From positions 84,072,001 through 84,136,000 of the forward strand of contig OX597826.1 in the NCBI GenBank assembly GCA_951406725.2: a stretch of DNA of 64,000 nt, in the 5' to 3' direction. The position numbers and the translations under genes were made by a program. Of this stretch, positions 51,201 through 63,993 are shown one piece after another (the first letter of the stretch is position 1; each line of letters starts with the position of its first letter). Under the pieces are notes generated by a model. That model was given only the letters and a program-made list of their open reading frames with translations, had not been told where the DNA came from and made no database searches. Source of the stretch: Octopus vulgaris (taxonomy: Eukaryota).

Positions 51201-51953
51201 TCTGGTCTGTAGTAAACTGAACTAATCTGTGTTGAGTAGTACATTTGTCACTGGAAGAAATTACAATAGGTTGTGAATATTGTTTCTGAAAAAAGGAAGT
51301 CTGGTTGAACACCTCTGATCATATGTTTACTTGATCAGGCCTGGGCTCTCTTTTTATTATTATTATTATCATCATCATCATCATCATCATCATCTATTAG
51401 TCAATGAGGAAGGGTAGTTCTTTGACCTTTTATAGGATCTTCAAGAGAGGATACCTTACTTGCTACTACCAGTCTGGAGATTGAACCTGAATTCTTGCTA
51501 CAGATTGGATTCTGTTAAAGGTACCCAAGGACTTGGTGGTGATGTTTTACTGAGTGAAGGATTAAGTCTACAACAGCAGCAACATAACAGTATGTTTGTG
51601 ACATAATAGATAGAGCATTACCACCATTAGCTTAGAAATAGATTCTTTGTTCAAATCTAATCTGGTAATTAGACATACATGTAGGAACAAGGTGTCCAAT
51701 GACAACTAGAAACATTATTAATAGAAATGTAGCATAGATGTAAATATTATTTTTTAAAAAGTTTCATTGTAAAAAATGATGTTAATTAGTCCAAAAAATG
51801 ATTGTATTAACAAAAACTTAAATATTTAATCAATGTAAAATTTTATTCTATTTGGGAAATATATAAATTAACCTCATTGAAACAACAGCAACATTAAAGT
51901 TTTTGCATGTTTTCTAAATCACCTAAATTTTTCAAATTTTGTTTTTCTTTCAG

Positions 51954-53810
51954 TGTCTTGCAAACATAAAAACATCTTGTAGATTAAAATGTCATTGGAA
52001 GAAATGGTACATAACAATTTTCAGGAAAGCAAGAAAATTTTGATTAAAATTCCACTTTTAACTATCAATTTTAATATCAACTTTTTTTCTATAATTGTTG
52101 GACATTTCACAGCATCTAACAATCTGCAAATTAGGAATTTAATTCAGAGCAGTGCTTAAGCTGGAACTTTTCCACCAGGTTGCTGTGGTTATATTTCATT
52201 GTATGCATTGTTAATATATCCACCTTGAAAACAAAACTGTAATTTACAAAGGAGTGTTTTAATATGCAGCCTATATGATGAAACATTTCCTATTGAGTGC
52301 AGTAAGATGTTCCTCATATGAAATATATTCAATAATCTGAAAAAAGAAAGACACAATGGTTTTCTCTTGTGCTACATACAAAAGGATATGCATGTGAATG
52401 AATGATTGTTATATTGGGATATGGGTATGTGATTTTAGAGAAATATTCTGACCTATGTGTTTTTGTTGTTGTTGAAGAATTAACTTTTAACTTGAAGACA
52501 CTTTTGTCGATTTTTTTGAGGAAAAGGTCAGGATCAGTGATAATAGAAAAATATTTTTTTATCTTTTTTTTATGAATGTCTTTTACATTGATCCTACTGT
52601 AGTAGCTAAATTAGTTTTGAAATACTGGCAGGATATTTAAAAATATAACCATAAGAAAACAAAGAGGTTTAATTCAATATTGGGTCCTAAATATTTCTTC
52701 AGAACTGTATGAAGGATTCTGTATTTGAGCCCCTCACCCCCTACCCCAAGAAAAAATTTATTTTCATTAATAGATAATAATATTCTCAAACAGTTCAGGG
52801 ATTTTTTGTGAAAGATGTGCAAGATATTAGGCTAAATTATTAAAGTGAAGTCTTGAATAGATGTTTGGATCAACTTTTAAGTAATTATTGTGATGAGACT
52901 AATAATGCCTGGTTACAGTGTAAATAAAGCCTATTGCAAGTATATTTATTAAGGTCTGTGATAATAATAAACTAGTTTGTAAATGTTACCAAAATTCTTA
53001 ACTGATATGTTAGTTGTGATATTAAGATATTAACCCAGTGAATAAAAGCAATATTTATGTTAATGTTTTCTTATTAAAAATGTACTTAAATGTTATAAGA
53101 TCCTAATAGATCTATATTTGTTGCCTAAAATTATGATGAGACAAATTGTCATTGGGAGACTTCCAATGCTGGTGTTTGCATATATTTTCACTAGCATGTA
53201 ATTTAATATACATGCAACTCTCTACAGGGAGAATGAATTCAGATAGAAAATAAATAAAACATTCTTCTCTTTGTTAAAATTGCCTTTCTTCCTAATATTT
53301 AATTGAAAATAATTTATTGGAAACATAAAAATTGGTTCCCCAAAAATGACCAAAGCTGAAAGCATATATATGATTGAAAGTATCTGGAATCTAAGTAATT
53401 AAAAACTTTATAAGAGTATTTAATTCATTGCCTTTTAAATCATTCCCTTTCCTTGTCACTGAAGAAAATTAGTTAATCTATTTACCACTGCCAAAGTTAC
53501 TATAAAAACAAAAATTTACATTTTTTTAAAGACAAATCTTTGTTTTTGTTAACATTTTTTTCTCTCTTTTGATATAATCTTTTGATTGTTAATTTCAATT
53601 AAGAAATTTCTTTTTACTGTGTTTTTAAAATCATAGCATAATTTATATTCTTTCATGAAAGAATTTTTTTTAATTCACAAGTGTTATTGTTATTAATGTT
53701 CATAATTATGAATCTCTAAACTCTAAAATTCAACAGTAACATTTTAAAAATGTTTTTTAATATATTTTCTTTTTTTGTTATGCAATAAAACTTGCACCTC
53801 ATCCCAGTTT
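51954..53810 (+). other. Probable non-coding terminal exon (3'UTR) of the calpain gene
   Basis: Consensus donor GTAAGT at 49842, 39 nt after the stop. Strong pyrimidine tract plus CAG at 51951-51953. Then about 1.9 kb of very AT-rich sequence with no recognisable TEs and several AATAAA (e.g. 53784). The end point is uncertain. Confidence 0.5.
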
Positions 53811-54529
53811 TAACTGAGACAAAAAATAGACTCTTTGTCTCTTTTATGAAATTATGTTTTCTTTGTAGTTTAAGCAATTATCTCAAATGAATTCTTTTGA
53901 GCTAGAGATTTCAATGTTTATAATTATCAAGCTGTGAATTTTCAAAATTAACTTAGAGAAAAAGATCATTATAATTACTTTTATCCCTTAAATTTCAGTT
54001 TCAAATAAATGAATCCAAAGTTTATATTTTATATTAAGAAACAAATTCACAGAAAAGGTCATGAGAAATAAATCTAAATAGCTCCTTAAATTTTTTCCTT
54101 TTTTTATCTTTTTTTCCCTTAATCTCAGCTAAAGCAGACAAACATTACTGCTCATATGAAACATATATCTATTAAATATCTAGAAGTATCTAAGACACAT
54201 AACATTGTGTCAGGAAACGTCTCTATTTGAGGTAATTTGTCATATTAATAAAGAGATGAAAAAAATCTGTTCTCTACATCATCAAATTAATTGCTCAAAT
54301 ATCTTATTAACAAACTTCTAAATAAGATTAAAGTTTAAAATTTGGAGCCTGAAAATGTAATGCTACGACAGTAAACCTGCACTGAGGTTATAAACACTAA
54401 GCTAACAAGTGAGCCATTACAATGTTACTCATTATACTAGAAGTAGCGACCAACACCCATTGTCTTAAAAGGAGATGTTGAACAATGCTATCTCTGATAC
54501 AAAAGTTAGGACGGTGTCTGTCAAAACTA

Positions 54530-56470
54530 CATCATCATCATTTAGCATCCATTGTCCATACTGATATGGGTTGGATGGTTTGACCAGAGCTGGCAAGGAA
54601 GGCTGCACCAGGTTCCAGTCTGATTTGGCATGGTTTCTATGGCTTGATTCCCTTCCTAACCCCAACCACTCCGAGAGTCTAATGGGTGCTTTCACATGTC
54701 ACTGGCATGGGTGCCATTTTCATGTAACTGGTACCTGCCATGACTGAAATTTTACTTGGCTTGATGAGTCTTCTCCTCAAGTGCAATGTAAGGTCTCCGT
54801 CATTGCATCCATGAGGCACAACACTTGAAAGGAGCTTTTCATGTGTCACCAGCATCAGCCACTTTGCTGCCATGAGGCCAAATGCTTGAAAAGTACTTTT
54901 CATGTGCCATCAGCACAAGTGCCAGTTATGTGACACCTGCATTAGCCACAACTACGATTTCACTTGGCTCTCTTGCACACCACATCTGATGGCTCTTATA
55001 CCTAACTTTTCTCTCAAAAGGCTTTCAATCTGTGGAGCATGAACTCTGACATTTCACCTCCAGCAAAGCATACTGGCTTCATTTCTTTCAAGCCTACACA
55101 TGTCCTCAGGTAGTCACATGTTTCACTGCCATGTAACGTAGCTGTATGCACACAAGCATCATACAATCTGCCTTTCATTCAGGAGAGTCCCTTTATTGCC
55201 AGCAGAGGTAGGAGCTCTCTGACCTTTACCCAGCCTAATCTTATTCTCACAGGTACGCTTTCGGAGCATCCACCTCCTCTACTAACTTGATCACCTAGAT
55301 AACAGAAGCTATCTACTACCTCTAGCTTACCCCACTGGCAGTTGATGGAGTCTATTTTCTGTACATTTTTGCTGTTTATTGTACCTGTGCATCTTCCACT
55401 CACAAAAGCAATTTCCCCTGTTAACATTCCTCTGATATTGCTGCACTGCTTACACTGGGTACTTCTTATGGAGTTTCTACCTATGCCTTTCCTACAGATT
55501 GAGTAGGGCCATCTACCTGAAGGGATCTGTGGTTTGTCTGCCTTACTACTTACTAAGACTTTGGCTTTTGCTAGGTTAATACTAAGGCCCTTTGATTCTA
55601 GATCTTGCTTCCATACCTGAAACTTCTCAGCTATAAGAAAATGGTCATCAGCATAGAGATGCTCCCAAGGGCAATCTATCTTAAATGTCTTTATTGCCTG
55701 GAGGACTATGAGAAACAACAGGGGGCTGAGAACTGATGCTTGGTGAGCCCCTACTTGTACCCTGAATTTTTCACTGAACCTCACCTTATTGGTAACATCC
55801 CTGTACATAGCTTGTACAGCTCTTACCAACCTCTCATCTATCCCTATTTCCACATTAACCACCAGCTAAGGGATCGGGGGACCCTGTCAAAGGCTTTCTC
55901 CAAGTCAACAAATGCCAAGTATAGCATTTTATCTGCAGCTGCCTTACCAGAAATATAGCATCAGTGGTGCTTCGCCTTGGCACAAAACCAAACTGCATCT
56001 CATCGAGCCTAACTTCCTCTCCCTAATTAGTTGAGCTGTGACCCTCTCCATAACTTTCATCGCCTGATCCAACAATTTGATACCTCTGTAATTATTGTTA
56101 TATAAGGCCTTACCTTTACCTTTGTAGCAGATGACTATGGTGCTGCTACACTAGTCATTGGTATGACATCTTCATGAACCACCTGATTTACAATACAGGT
56201 GACTAAACCACAACGAACACCACCAGATATTTTAAGCATCTCAGTGGTGATTCCTGACGGGCTGGGGGCTTTCCCTGTCTTTATATTCTTCGTGACTTTA
56301 TCTACCAAGGTATTGTTGATTCAGCTAGCTGGTCCCTCAATTGGGTCAACATTTGGCAGACTCTCCTCCTCCCATTCATTCTCTACATTCAGCAGTCTTT
56401 CATGGTAGCATTTCCAAGCCCCTTTCTTTGCAGAATCATTAAATGCAGGTGTGCCGTCATCCATGTGGAC
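54530..56470 (-). mobile_element. RTE family 1-like LINE, 5'-truncated
   Basis: ORF 55179-55862 LSPLLF..LYADD..FCYLGD and a (CAT)n tail at 54530. Confidence 0.92.
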
Positions 56471-58689
56471 AAAATGGTTTCTTATTTGGGTATATGACCA
56501 ACACTTTCGAGGAGAGGGGTTAATTGATGTCACTGATTTAGGTCTGATGAAAAGCAAAGTTGATCTCAGCAGGACTTACAGATATGCACAGCATACTGAA
56601 AGTAGCCCAAAATAGGCATTAGACACATCAGTACTGCCACTATAATTATACAAACCAAAACAAAATACTGTACATACTCATTCAAAATCACAAATTTTAT
56701 TTAACCTGGACAGATTTGATCTTGGAATGTAAAAAGTTTACAACTAAAATCTACAAGGTCAACACTTTTCTGTTTCTAAAATCTACTGTTGTCTTGGATA
56801 CTGCACTAAGTTTAATTCTCAGCTGCCAGAAGTTGTAGTTCTTTAGGTGCAACTTCTTACTACCAGATATAACTAAAACTAGATATTCATATCTAAAATA
56901 GGTGTCTTTATATTCATCTTTAACTATCTGTTCATATTACTCCCAGTTTATTTTCAAAATCTTTGTATCCATTGACAATGTTTTATTTTTATTTGTCATT
57001 AGTTGACGGCCTAGTTGTTGATTCTTAGGTGGACTTGGCCCACTTCATGTGCTCAAGCACTAATCACTTATTATTTATAGTATCATTTAATCTTACATCC
57101 TCCATTAACTTCGGTCATTACATTGTGGCTATATCAGGGTACTACCTTTGATTGCTTAGTTAGTTATATCAGTCCCAGCACTTCAGTCTGGTACTCAGTT
57201 TATTTAAGTACCAGTTACAGAACAAAATGAAAATCTTATTGTAAGTATGAATAAGGTCTAATACGTGTGCATATACTTTTACTCAGTTCAACCATGGTTG
57301 AACAGATTTCTGTACAATACATTTCTTCAGGTATGTCTCAGTTGGTCATCTTGTTCACAAAGTCCAGTTTCCTAATCTCAAGTCATGTTTTGCTGCATTA
57401 CTATATGTTATAATTTGCAGAACTATTTTTAGTTGTTATATTCTTTGTGCTACTCATTATTTTTGCTTCCTGCATATGTTTGCCAACATCCATGTTAATG
57501 TAGTTAAATTTCTGTTTTCTTGTTCTCAGAATGGTAGTATACATTGAATAATTTTGTACTGGATATATTGTTTGAGGAAAAACTTTGTATAATTGTAATG
57601 AGTAGATCTTTTATCACAGGTCTGCTGAATAAGATGATGTGGCTACTAAATAACGCTCTGAAAACATAAGTTCCAGAGATTTCTGTACTTAGCACATGTA
57701 ACTCATAAGCTGAATCCTTGCAAACCTGGATGAGCAGACATAAATTGGTGGCAAATTTAGTTTAATTTGAAACTACTCCTTCCCACAACCTAAATTTTTA
57801 ACCAATACTCTCCTGTAATAGTTTATTCCACTTATTCAACAAATTATAATTGAATACAAACCAAAGAGGGAGCCTGTCATCACTTCATGTGTCAGAAATA
57901 GCAGCCAAATCTCCTTTAAATCATGCATTTCTTGAAGCAAGTATCTGCTGTTTTAGAAAATCTGAAAAGAAATGAGAAAGTTTTGAGATTTTCATGGTTC
58001 TAATATCTTTTAATCAGAAGTCTGCTTAAGACTGAATGATGAGGGGATAGACAACAAAAGTAATTAGAATATTTATGTTTAGAAGAATCTTAAATTTTTT
58101 CTTGTAATTTAGAAAGTGTCTGTAACTAAGTACTAAGGGCATTTTGTTTGATTTTCTATTGACTCTGCCAATCCACATGAAATAAGTAGTTATTAGAGAA
58201 ATGTATCAATGTTTATTAGAACTTTTCAAGTATGTAGATCTAAATTCAGTCATGGTAGATTAAATTTAATCTGTCTTGCATGTATTGGGGTCAACACCAC
58301 TGCAATATAAAAAAATCTCAGTAAACCAAGTCTGTGAACTTACTTTTAAAATTAACTGGAACTATTCATTGTATAAAAATATATTTACATCACTTTATAT
58401 CACAAAATATATTTACATCCCTTTTGTATCTAACAAAAACAAACAATTGAGTTGTATGTAAATGGTAATGAAAAGAATTCTTTTTAAGTGTGTCATCTTC
58501 ATTAAAACTGTAGTTGTGTTATTGCTGTAAAATCAGTTATAAATTTCAATAAAGCTCAAACATTGATGTTTTTATATAATTTTTGTTTTTGTGTTGTCTG
58601 GAAAATGGGTTGTGAAGTTCAAATTTATGGCTAGTAGAGAAACATACACAAAGAGAAAATTCCTGAGGGTCAACATTGTGGTGGACACT

Positions 58690-58770
58690 ATGGAAGACTG
58701 CATTCACCCACCTCCTACAATTTGATTTTTGTCCCCAAGGGAGTGATTCACCCCTGGTTGAGAACCACTG
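58690..58770. mobile_element. hAT-type transposon terminus
   Basis: Ends ggttgagaaccactg, the reverse complement of a CAGTGGTTCTCAACC hAT TIR. The partner end was not located. Confidence 0.5.
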
Positions 58771-59352
58771 AAGAAAAAGATGAGGGAATTGACTGCAAAG
58801 AACAATGGTTGGCAGAATAAGATGGGTTTCCCTTTATAGAAAGGGATCATACTAGTGTATTTCCAAGGATAGGGATATTATCACTATAGAGGAAAAGCAG
58901 ATTGAAGACTTTGTCTTGAATAGAGGCTAGCTCAAGGGCTCATTGTTGGATGGAAAATGTTAGGCCAGTAACCAGATCTGCTTTTGAAATATATGGTATA
59001 CATGGTTACATGAGTGATAGAATGGAAAGGGTATTTTGACATATTTAGTGTGGAGGGATATTTCATTTTTTGTCCTCTAGTAGACGCATTACTTAGAGAA
59101 CCATTCCAGCCTGGACATAGAATGAAGGCAGAGATTTACCTGCAGATTGTATGATCTCTGAAAGCATCTTTCATATTTTTAATAATAGAATTATGGTTCT
59201 GGATAAAAGCTGTCTAGATTGTAGAAGTAGGTGACTTTCTCCTAGTCTTCTTTACTTGGAGTGTAAGTATATGTGAACCACTTGAAATTTGGTTTTATGT
59301 TATTCTTGTTAACAGAAAAAAGGGCTGTGAAAGAGAGAAATTTTTTTGTTAA

Positions 59353-59569
59353 CCCTTTTGTTATATTTCTGTTGAGATACTGTGTTTTTTTCAATTAATT
59401 TTAAATATAACAAAGAATTTAGTAAGAATAACTTAGTTATCATTAAGCTAGTTTTAGGAACATAAATTGTGACTAAGGTTGGTGGAAGATTTTAATTCAC
59501 AACTTTTGAGAACCACACATTTGTCCTACAGAACCAGAAGCTGTTTCAGGTGGGATGGTATCAAAAGTG
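59353..59569. mobile_element. piggyBac-type MITE
   Basis: TTAA|cccttttg at the left and caaaagtg|TTAA at the right: TTAA TSD with a degenerate CCC/GGG TIR. Confidence 0.7.
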
Positions 59570-59762
59570 TTAAAGAAAACAGTCTTTTAACATAAAATTG
59601 CCTGCTGACTGAGAAAAGACCTAACACAGGATAAAACTTCTTACAAAAGGTATGAGACACTAACAGAGCAAATGTCTTTTAACAGTAAAAGTTCTAGTAA
59701 TAGAGATATTTAGATAGCTCTCTCTCTCTATTTGTATGTATATGTGTGCATATGTCTGTGAA

Positions 59763-60085
59763 AGTGCATGGCTTAGTGGTTAGAGCATCAAGCTCACAAC
59801 CATGAGGTTGTGAGTTTGTTTCTTGAATGGGCTGTGTGTTGTGTTCTTGAGTAAGACACTTATTTCACATTGCTCCAGTTCGTTCAGCTGTATTAATGAG
59901 TTGTGACATCACTAGTACCAAGCTGTATCGGCCTATGCCTTTCCCTTGGACTACAACAGTGGTATAGCGAGGGTGGCTGGTATGCATGGGCAACTGCTGG
60001 TCTTCCATAAACAACCTTACTTCGGAGGGGAACTTACTAGGGGCAATCCCATAGTCATTTGTAACCGAAGGAATTCTTTATCCTT
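59763..60085 (+). mobile_element. tRNA-head SINE family 3
   Basis: A-box-like tggcttagtggttagagc; a truncated sibling lies at 61828-61925. Confidence 0.7.
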
Positions 60086-60101
60086 TATGTGTGTGTATAT
60101 A

Positions 60102-61801
60102 CACTACCGTCAGAAATTAATTAGCACCCTTGATTTTCTCTTCACTCAAGGTATTTGCTGTCACCTAGTGGCCATATCTCGAACTATTGCTTTGTTGTGA
60201 GTTCACTGTTGCGCAGAACGATGACGTAACTTTGTTTGCAGAGCAGTTTGAGAGTCTATAGCCTAATGATGTTGACATAGCAGTGCAACAACAACTTGGA
60301 GTGCGGATGCAGACAAATCTTCCTTTGTTTAATAGATATAGGTAGCGCCTCGCAAGGACCGAAATCACACCGTACTAAGTTTTCTCATCGCGTAAGACGT
60401 TTTGAACAGCTCGTAGGTTAATTGATTTGTGTATTTGCAAGATTTTTTTTCCTCACAAATTCTCCTACACTCTGCTTGATGACGTCACTTCTGGTTCACA
60501 AAACTTTCTGTTATACATCAAATAAGGTGAGAAATTCTGCTTTCTTTCTTTTTTGTTTAATGAATAATAACTCATAGCAGTTTTGTTATAGCATAACATT
60601 ATTCAAATGAATAGTTTTAATGAAAATAACTGGTTTTTATCGTTCATTCCTAGATGGGCCCAAGACCTCGCATGACCTTGGAGAGACGGTACGAGGCTCT
60701 CTCGTGGCATGGGAAGCTGTCGGAGGCTGCAATAGCCAGAAAACTTGGTGTAGCCAGGCGCACAATTCAGTGCTTATTTAAGAAATACGAGGAAACCGGA
60801 TCAGCCGCTGACAAAAAGGGTAGGGGATGGAAGAGGCTGACGACCCAGCGGGAGGACTGGATGCTGATCCGAAAGTCGCTGTACAACCGAAGGGCAACGA
60901 GCCAGCAACTGGCGGAGGAGATGCAAAAGATGACAGGGAAGCAGTTGTCTACAACCACCGTCAAGACCAGATTACTGGAAGCTGGTCTAAAATCCTGTAG
61001 GGCCGCCCATAAGCCGCTCCTTACAGCCCAAAACTGGAAGAGGCGGCTGCTCTGGGCCCGTGCCCACAAGACATGGACCGTGCAGCAGTGGTGGACAGTG
61101 ATGTTCACTGACGAGTTGCGATTCAGTCTCGTCAGTGACAAGCCTGTCCATGTGCGACGCCGCAGGGGTGAGCGCTTCAACAAAGACTGCATTGCTCTCA
61201 CCATGAAGCATGGTGGGGGTGGTCTGATGGTGTGAGGGGCGTTCAGCTACAGTGGTGTTGGGCGGCTCTATGCCGTCGAAGGCAACATCAACGCAGCAAA
61301 GTACGTTGAGATAGTACGGGATACCTCTTTGGTGGCGAGGAGTACGTGCTCCAGCAGGACAACGTGCCTTCCCACACAGCCAAGCTCACAACCGGTTTCT
61401 TCAAGGACCATGGGGTGACGGTCATGGACTGGCCTGGCCAGTCACCTGACCTGAACCCTATTGAGAACCTCTGGAGTCGATTGGGTAGGGATTTGAATGT
61501 GCAGCAATACAGGAACCGACACAAGCTGTTTGGGGCACTTCTTGCTGCATGGAGGGCCATCCCTGCACGCACTCATAGACAGCATGCCGACCCGCGTAGC
61601 AGCTGTCATTGCTGCCAAAGGAGGAGCAACAAGATATTGACTAAATTTCACGATTAATAACAATTATGTGGTGTGCTGGGATATGTTTTAATAAATTTTT
61701 GATTATAAACGAGTTCGTTTCTGATAATAAGTTAATTAAATTAAGAAAATGTAAGAAAATGTAGAAATTTGAGAAGTGCTAATTAATTTCCGACGCAAGT
61801 G
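60102..61801 (+). mobile_element. Full-length Tc1 (DD34E) transposon
   Basis: TA|CACTACCGTCAGAAATTAATTAGCAC at the left and GTGCTAATTAATTTCCGACGCAAGTG|TA at the right: 26-bp TIRs and TA TSD. Confidence 0.95.
60654..61640 (+). pseudogene. Tc1 transposase pseudogene
   Basis: HTH (IARKLGVARRTI), W..VMFTDE, QQDN-34 aa-SPDLNPIENLW, and C-terminal SMPTRVAAVIAAKGGATRY. TGG>TGA at 61233 plus frameshifting deletions. Confidence 0.93.
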
Positions 61802-62322
61802 TATATATGCGTGTATATGTATAAAAGTGGAGGCACATGGCTGAGTGGTTAGAGCAGTGGACTTGCGGGTTTGAATCTCAGACTGGGCATTGTATATGTG
61901 TTTATGAGCGAAACGCCTAAGCTTCACACACCAGCTAATAAATACGTACTTCGAATCTGACTAGAATTATAAAATTATAGAATTATTTTGTTTGTTAATT
62001 GTTTAAATCACTTTCCATTGCTTTCGGTTTTTTACACGCGTAACAATTAAATTAATTTAACAATTAAGAAAAAAAAAATTAGGGTTAGGGTTAGTTACAG
62101 GATGTTGTCTCAGTTTTAGACGCAGCAAATGATTTTAGCTCAAAAGAGAGCATAGGATTGGTTAAAATTTGAAAAATTAAACTATGTTAAACAAACAAAT
62201 TACAATTTTCTCAAGAAAGCCAAGAGAAAAAATTGTTTTATTTTGACACATTCTACCAGTATACGAAGTTTTAAAGTGTTTAGTTAACTAGAAATTGTCT
62301 GCCGTTCAAAAGGAAAAGATCC

Positions 62323-62586
62323 TTAAAAGATATCCATTTTCTTCAAAGTTTTGACGCAAAACATCGGATTGTGTGAATTTTCTGAAAGTCCTCCCCCAGT
62401 TCGTTGGCGCAAATTTTTGTTTTATATCCATTCTTTTACACCTATTACACATTTTTGGTTTGTTTTGGCGGCCAGGTGTTAAAGTAGTAATTAACGGAAT
62501 GGAAAGGAGTTTCAGACAATTCACATAATCCGTCTTTCTCCGCCCCCCCCCCCCTCATAACTTTTATGAAAATGGATATCTTTTAA
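62323..62586. repeat. Imperfect inverted repeat (~70-bp arms) related to the foldback TIR motif
   Basis: ttaaaagatatccattttc..cggattgtgtgaatt versus aattcacataatccg..gaaaatggatatcttttaa. Confidence 0.7.
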
Positions 62587-62658
62587 TGAAATTTTGTACA
62601 ATTATCTTGATTTAAAAGAAATTGTATGCAAAAAAATGTTTTGAAAATTTGTTCACCT

Positions 62659-63057
62659 TAGGCATAGGAGTAGCTGTATGGTAAGCAGCTTGCTTACAAA
62701 CAACAAGGTTCCGGGTTCAGTCCCACTGCGTGGCACTTTGGGCAAGTGTCTTCTACTATAGCCTCGAGGCGACCAAAGCATTGTGAATGGATTTGGTAGA
62801 CGGAAACTGAAAGAAGCCCGTCGTATATATGTATATATATATATATATGTGTGTGTGTGTATGTTTGTGTTTTTGTCCTGCCAACATCACTTGACAACCG
62901 ATGCTGGTGTGTTTACGTTCCCGTAACTTAGCGGTTCGGCAAAAGAGACCGATAGAATAAGTACTAGGCTTACAAAGAATAAGTCCTGGGGTCGATTTGC
63001 TCGACTAAAGGCGGTGCTTCAGCATGGCCACAGTCAAATGACAAACAATTAAAAGAG
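62659..63057 (+). mobile_element. Full-length tRNA-head SINE family 1 (octopus-type) with internal microsatellite
   Basis: Head ggagtagctgtatggtaag..ggttcagtccc, central (TA/TG)n, tail cagcatggccacagtc..aaaagag. Other partial copies in the window. Confidence 0.9.
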
Positions 63058-63088
63058 TTACCACTTTGGACTGATTTTGGGAGTAATG

Positions 63089-63166
63089 TCTGACTTTCGC
63101 TGTTGATCAAGGAAAACGTGCTTGCTGCAGTGATCCAAGAATTTTGCCTCTAACATCGCAATACGA
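63089..63166 (-). pseudogene. 18S rRNA fragment
   Basis: Reverse strand reads tcgtattgcgatgttagaggcaaaattcttggatc..gttttccttgatcaacagcgaaagtcaga. This matches conserved 18S TTAGAGGTGAAATTCTTGGA..TCAAGAACGAAAGT with an internal deletion. Confidence 0.8.
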
Positions 63167-63459
63167 GAAGGCAGGAGCAAGGGCAGAGAAAAGTATGCTA
63201 TTAAAATGAATTATTGTTTACATAATTGACAACCCGAAGATTTAACTGCCTTGATTCGACGGGAAGAGTTGAGTGTCGTTCCATGATGGGTGAGAGTTCA
63301 ATCTCTGGTTCAATCACACTGAATACAAATATTGTATGATTGAGCCGGAGATTGAACTCACCCCCTTGTGTACCCCCAAACGCTTACACCCACCCATCCA
63401 TTAACCCGAATGAAAATGAAGAATCTTAAAACTATATTTTCCCACTTAATTTAATTCCG

Positions 63460-63993
63460 TTTACGTCAGACTATTTTTTTTTTAAACTTGTCTTTGCCGA
63501 GCCAAATTATGACAGATTGCACGACAAACGTTAAATCTCTCTTGTCCTCCTCTTCTGGCATCACTTAATTAGCTACCATGTTTCCTAATTGTGCTGAATG
63601 CAATTTAAGGTCTTGCTCTACCTTTCTCCAATTTCACAAAGATGTTTTATTGACAAACTCGTTTTATTGTTTTTAGCATTACATTCTCACCGGAACTCTC
63701 ACCACTTGTTGCCTTTGTTTAATTTTGTTAATCATTTGTCCTGTCTATAGTTTCCGTCCATGGACCCGTATGTCAATGGTAAGTGAAAATTAAGATTCTT
63801 AATCTCAACTTTTCCTACTGATTTTTTTCTGTTTACGTCTGACTATTTGTTAAAACTTGTCCTTCCCGTCGTGCCAAGTTATATCAGTTTGTTCTAGAAA
63901 TGCACGACAAACGTTAAATCTCTTTCGTCCACCTCAAAATCATTAAAATCTTTCATTAGCGTATTCTTTTGGTATCACTTAATTAGCCACCAT
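63460..63993 (+). repeat. Diverged direct repeat pair (63460-63580 and 63831-63993)
   Basis: gtttacgtc.gactattt..aaacttgtc..tgcacgacaaacgttaaatctct..atcacttaattagc.accat occurs twice. Confidence 0.8.

Noticed and set aside
56470-58690. Possible second host gene downstream of the calpain
   Set aside because: No recognisable protein motifs or consistent exon chain could be read on either strand.
60654-61640. Bacterial IS630 or contamination suggested by high GC
   Set aside because: DD34E spacing, SPDLNPIENLW, the TA TSD and seamless AT-rich, SINE-containing flanks indicate an integrated eukaryotic Tc1.
62079-62094. TTAGGG telomeric repeat
   Set aside because: Only ~2.5 units; too short to call a telomere or interstitial telomeric site.
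62659-62735. tRNA gene (also 36184 and 59763)
   Set aside because: A/B-box-like heads continue into SINE bodies and no full cloverleaf is evident.
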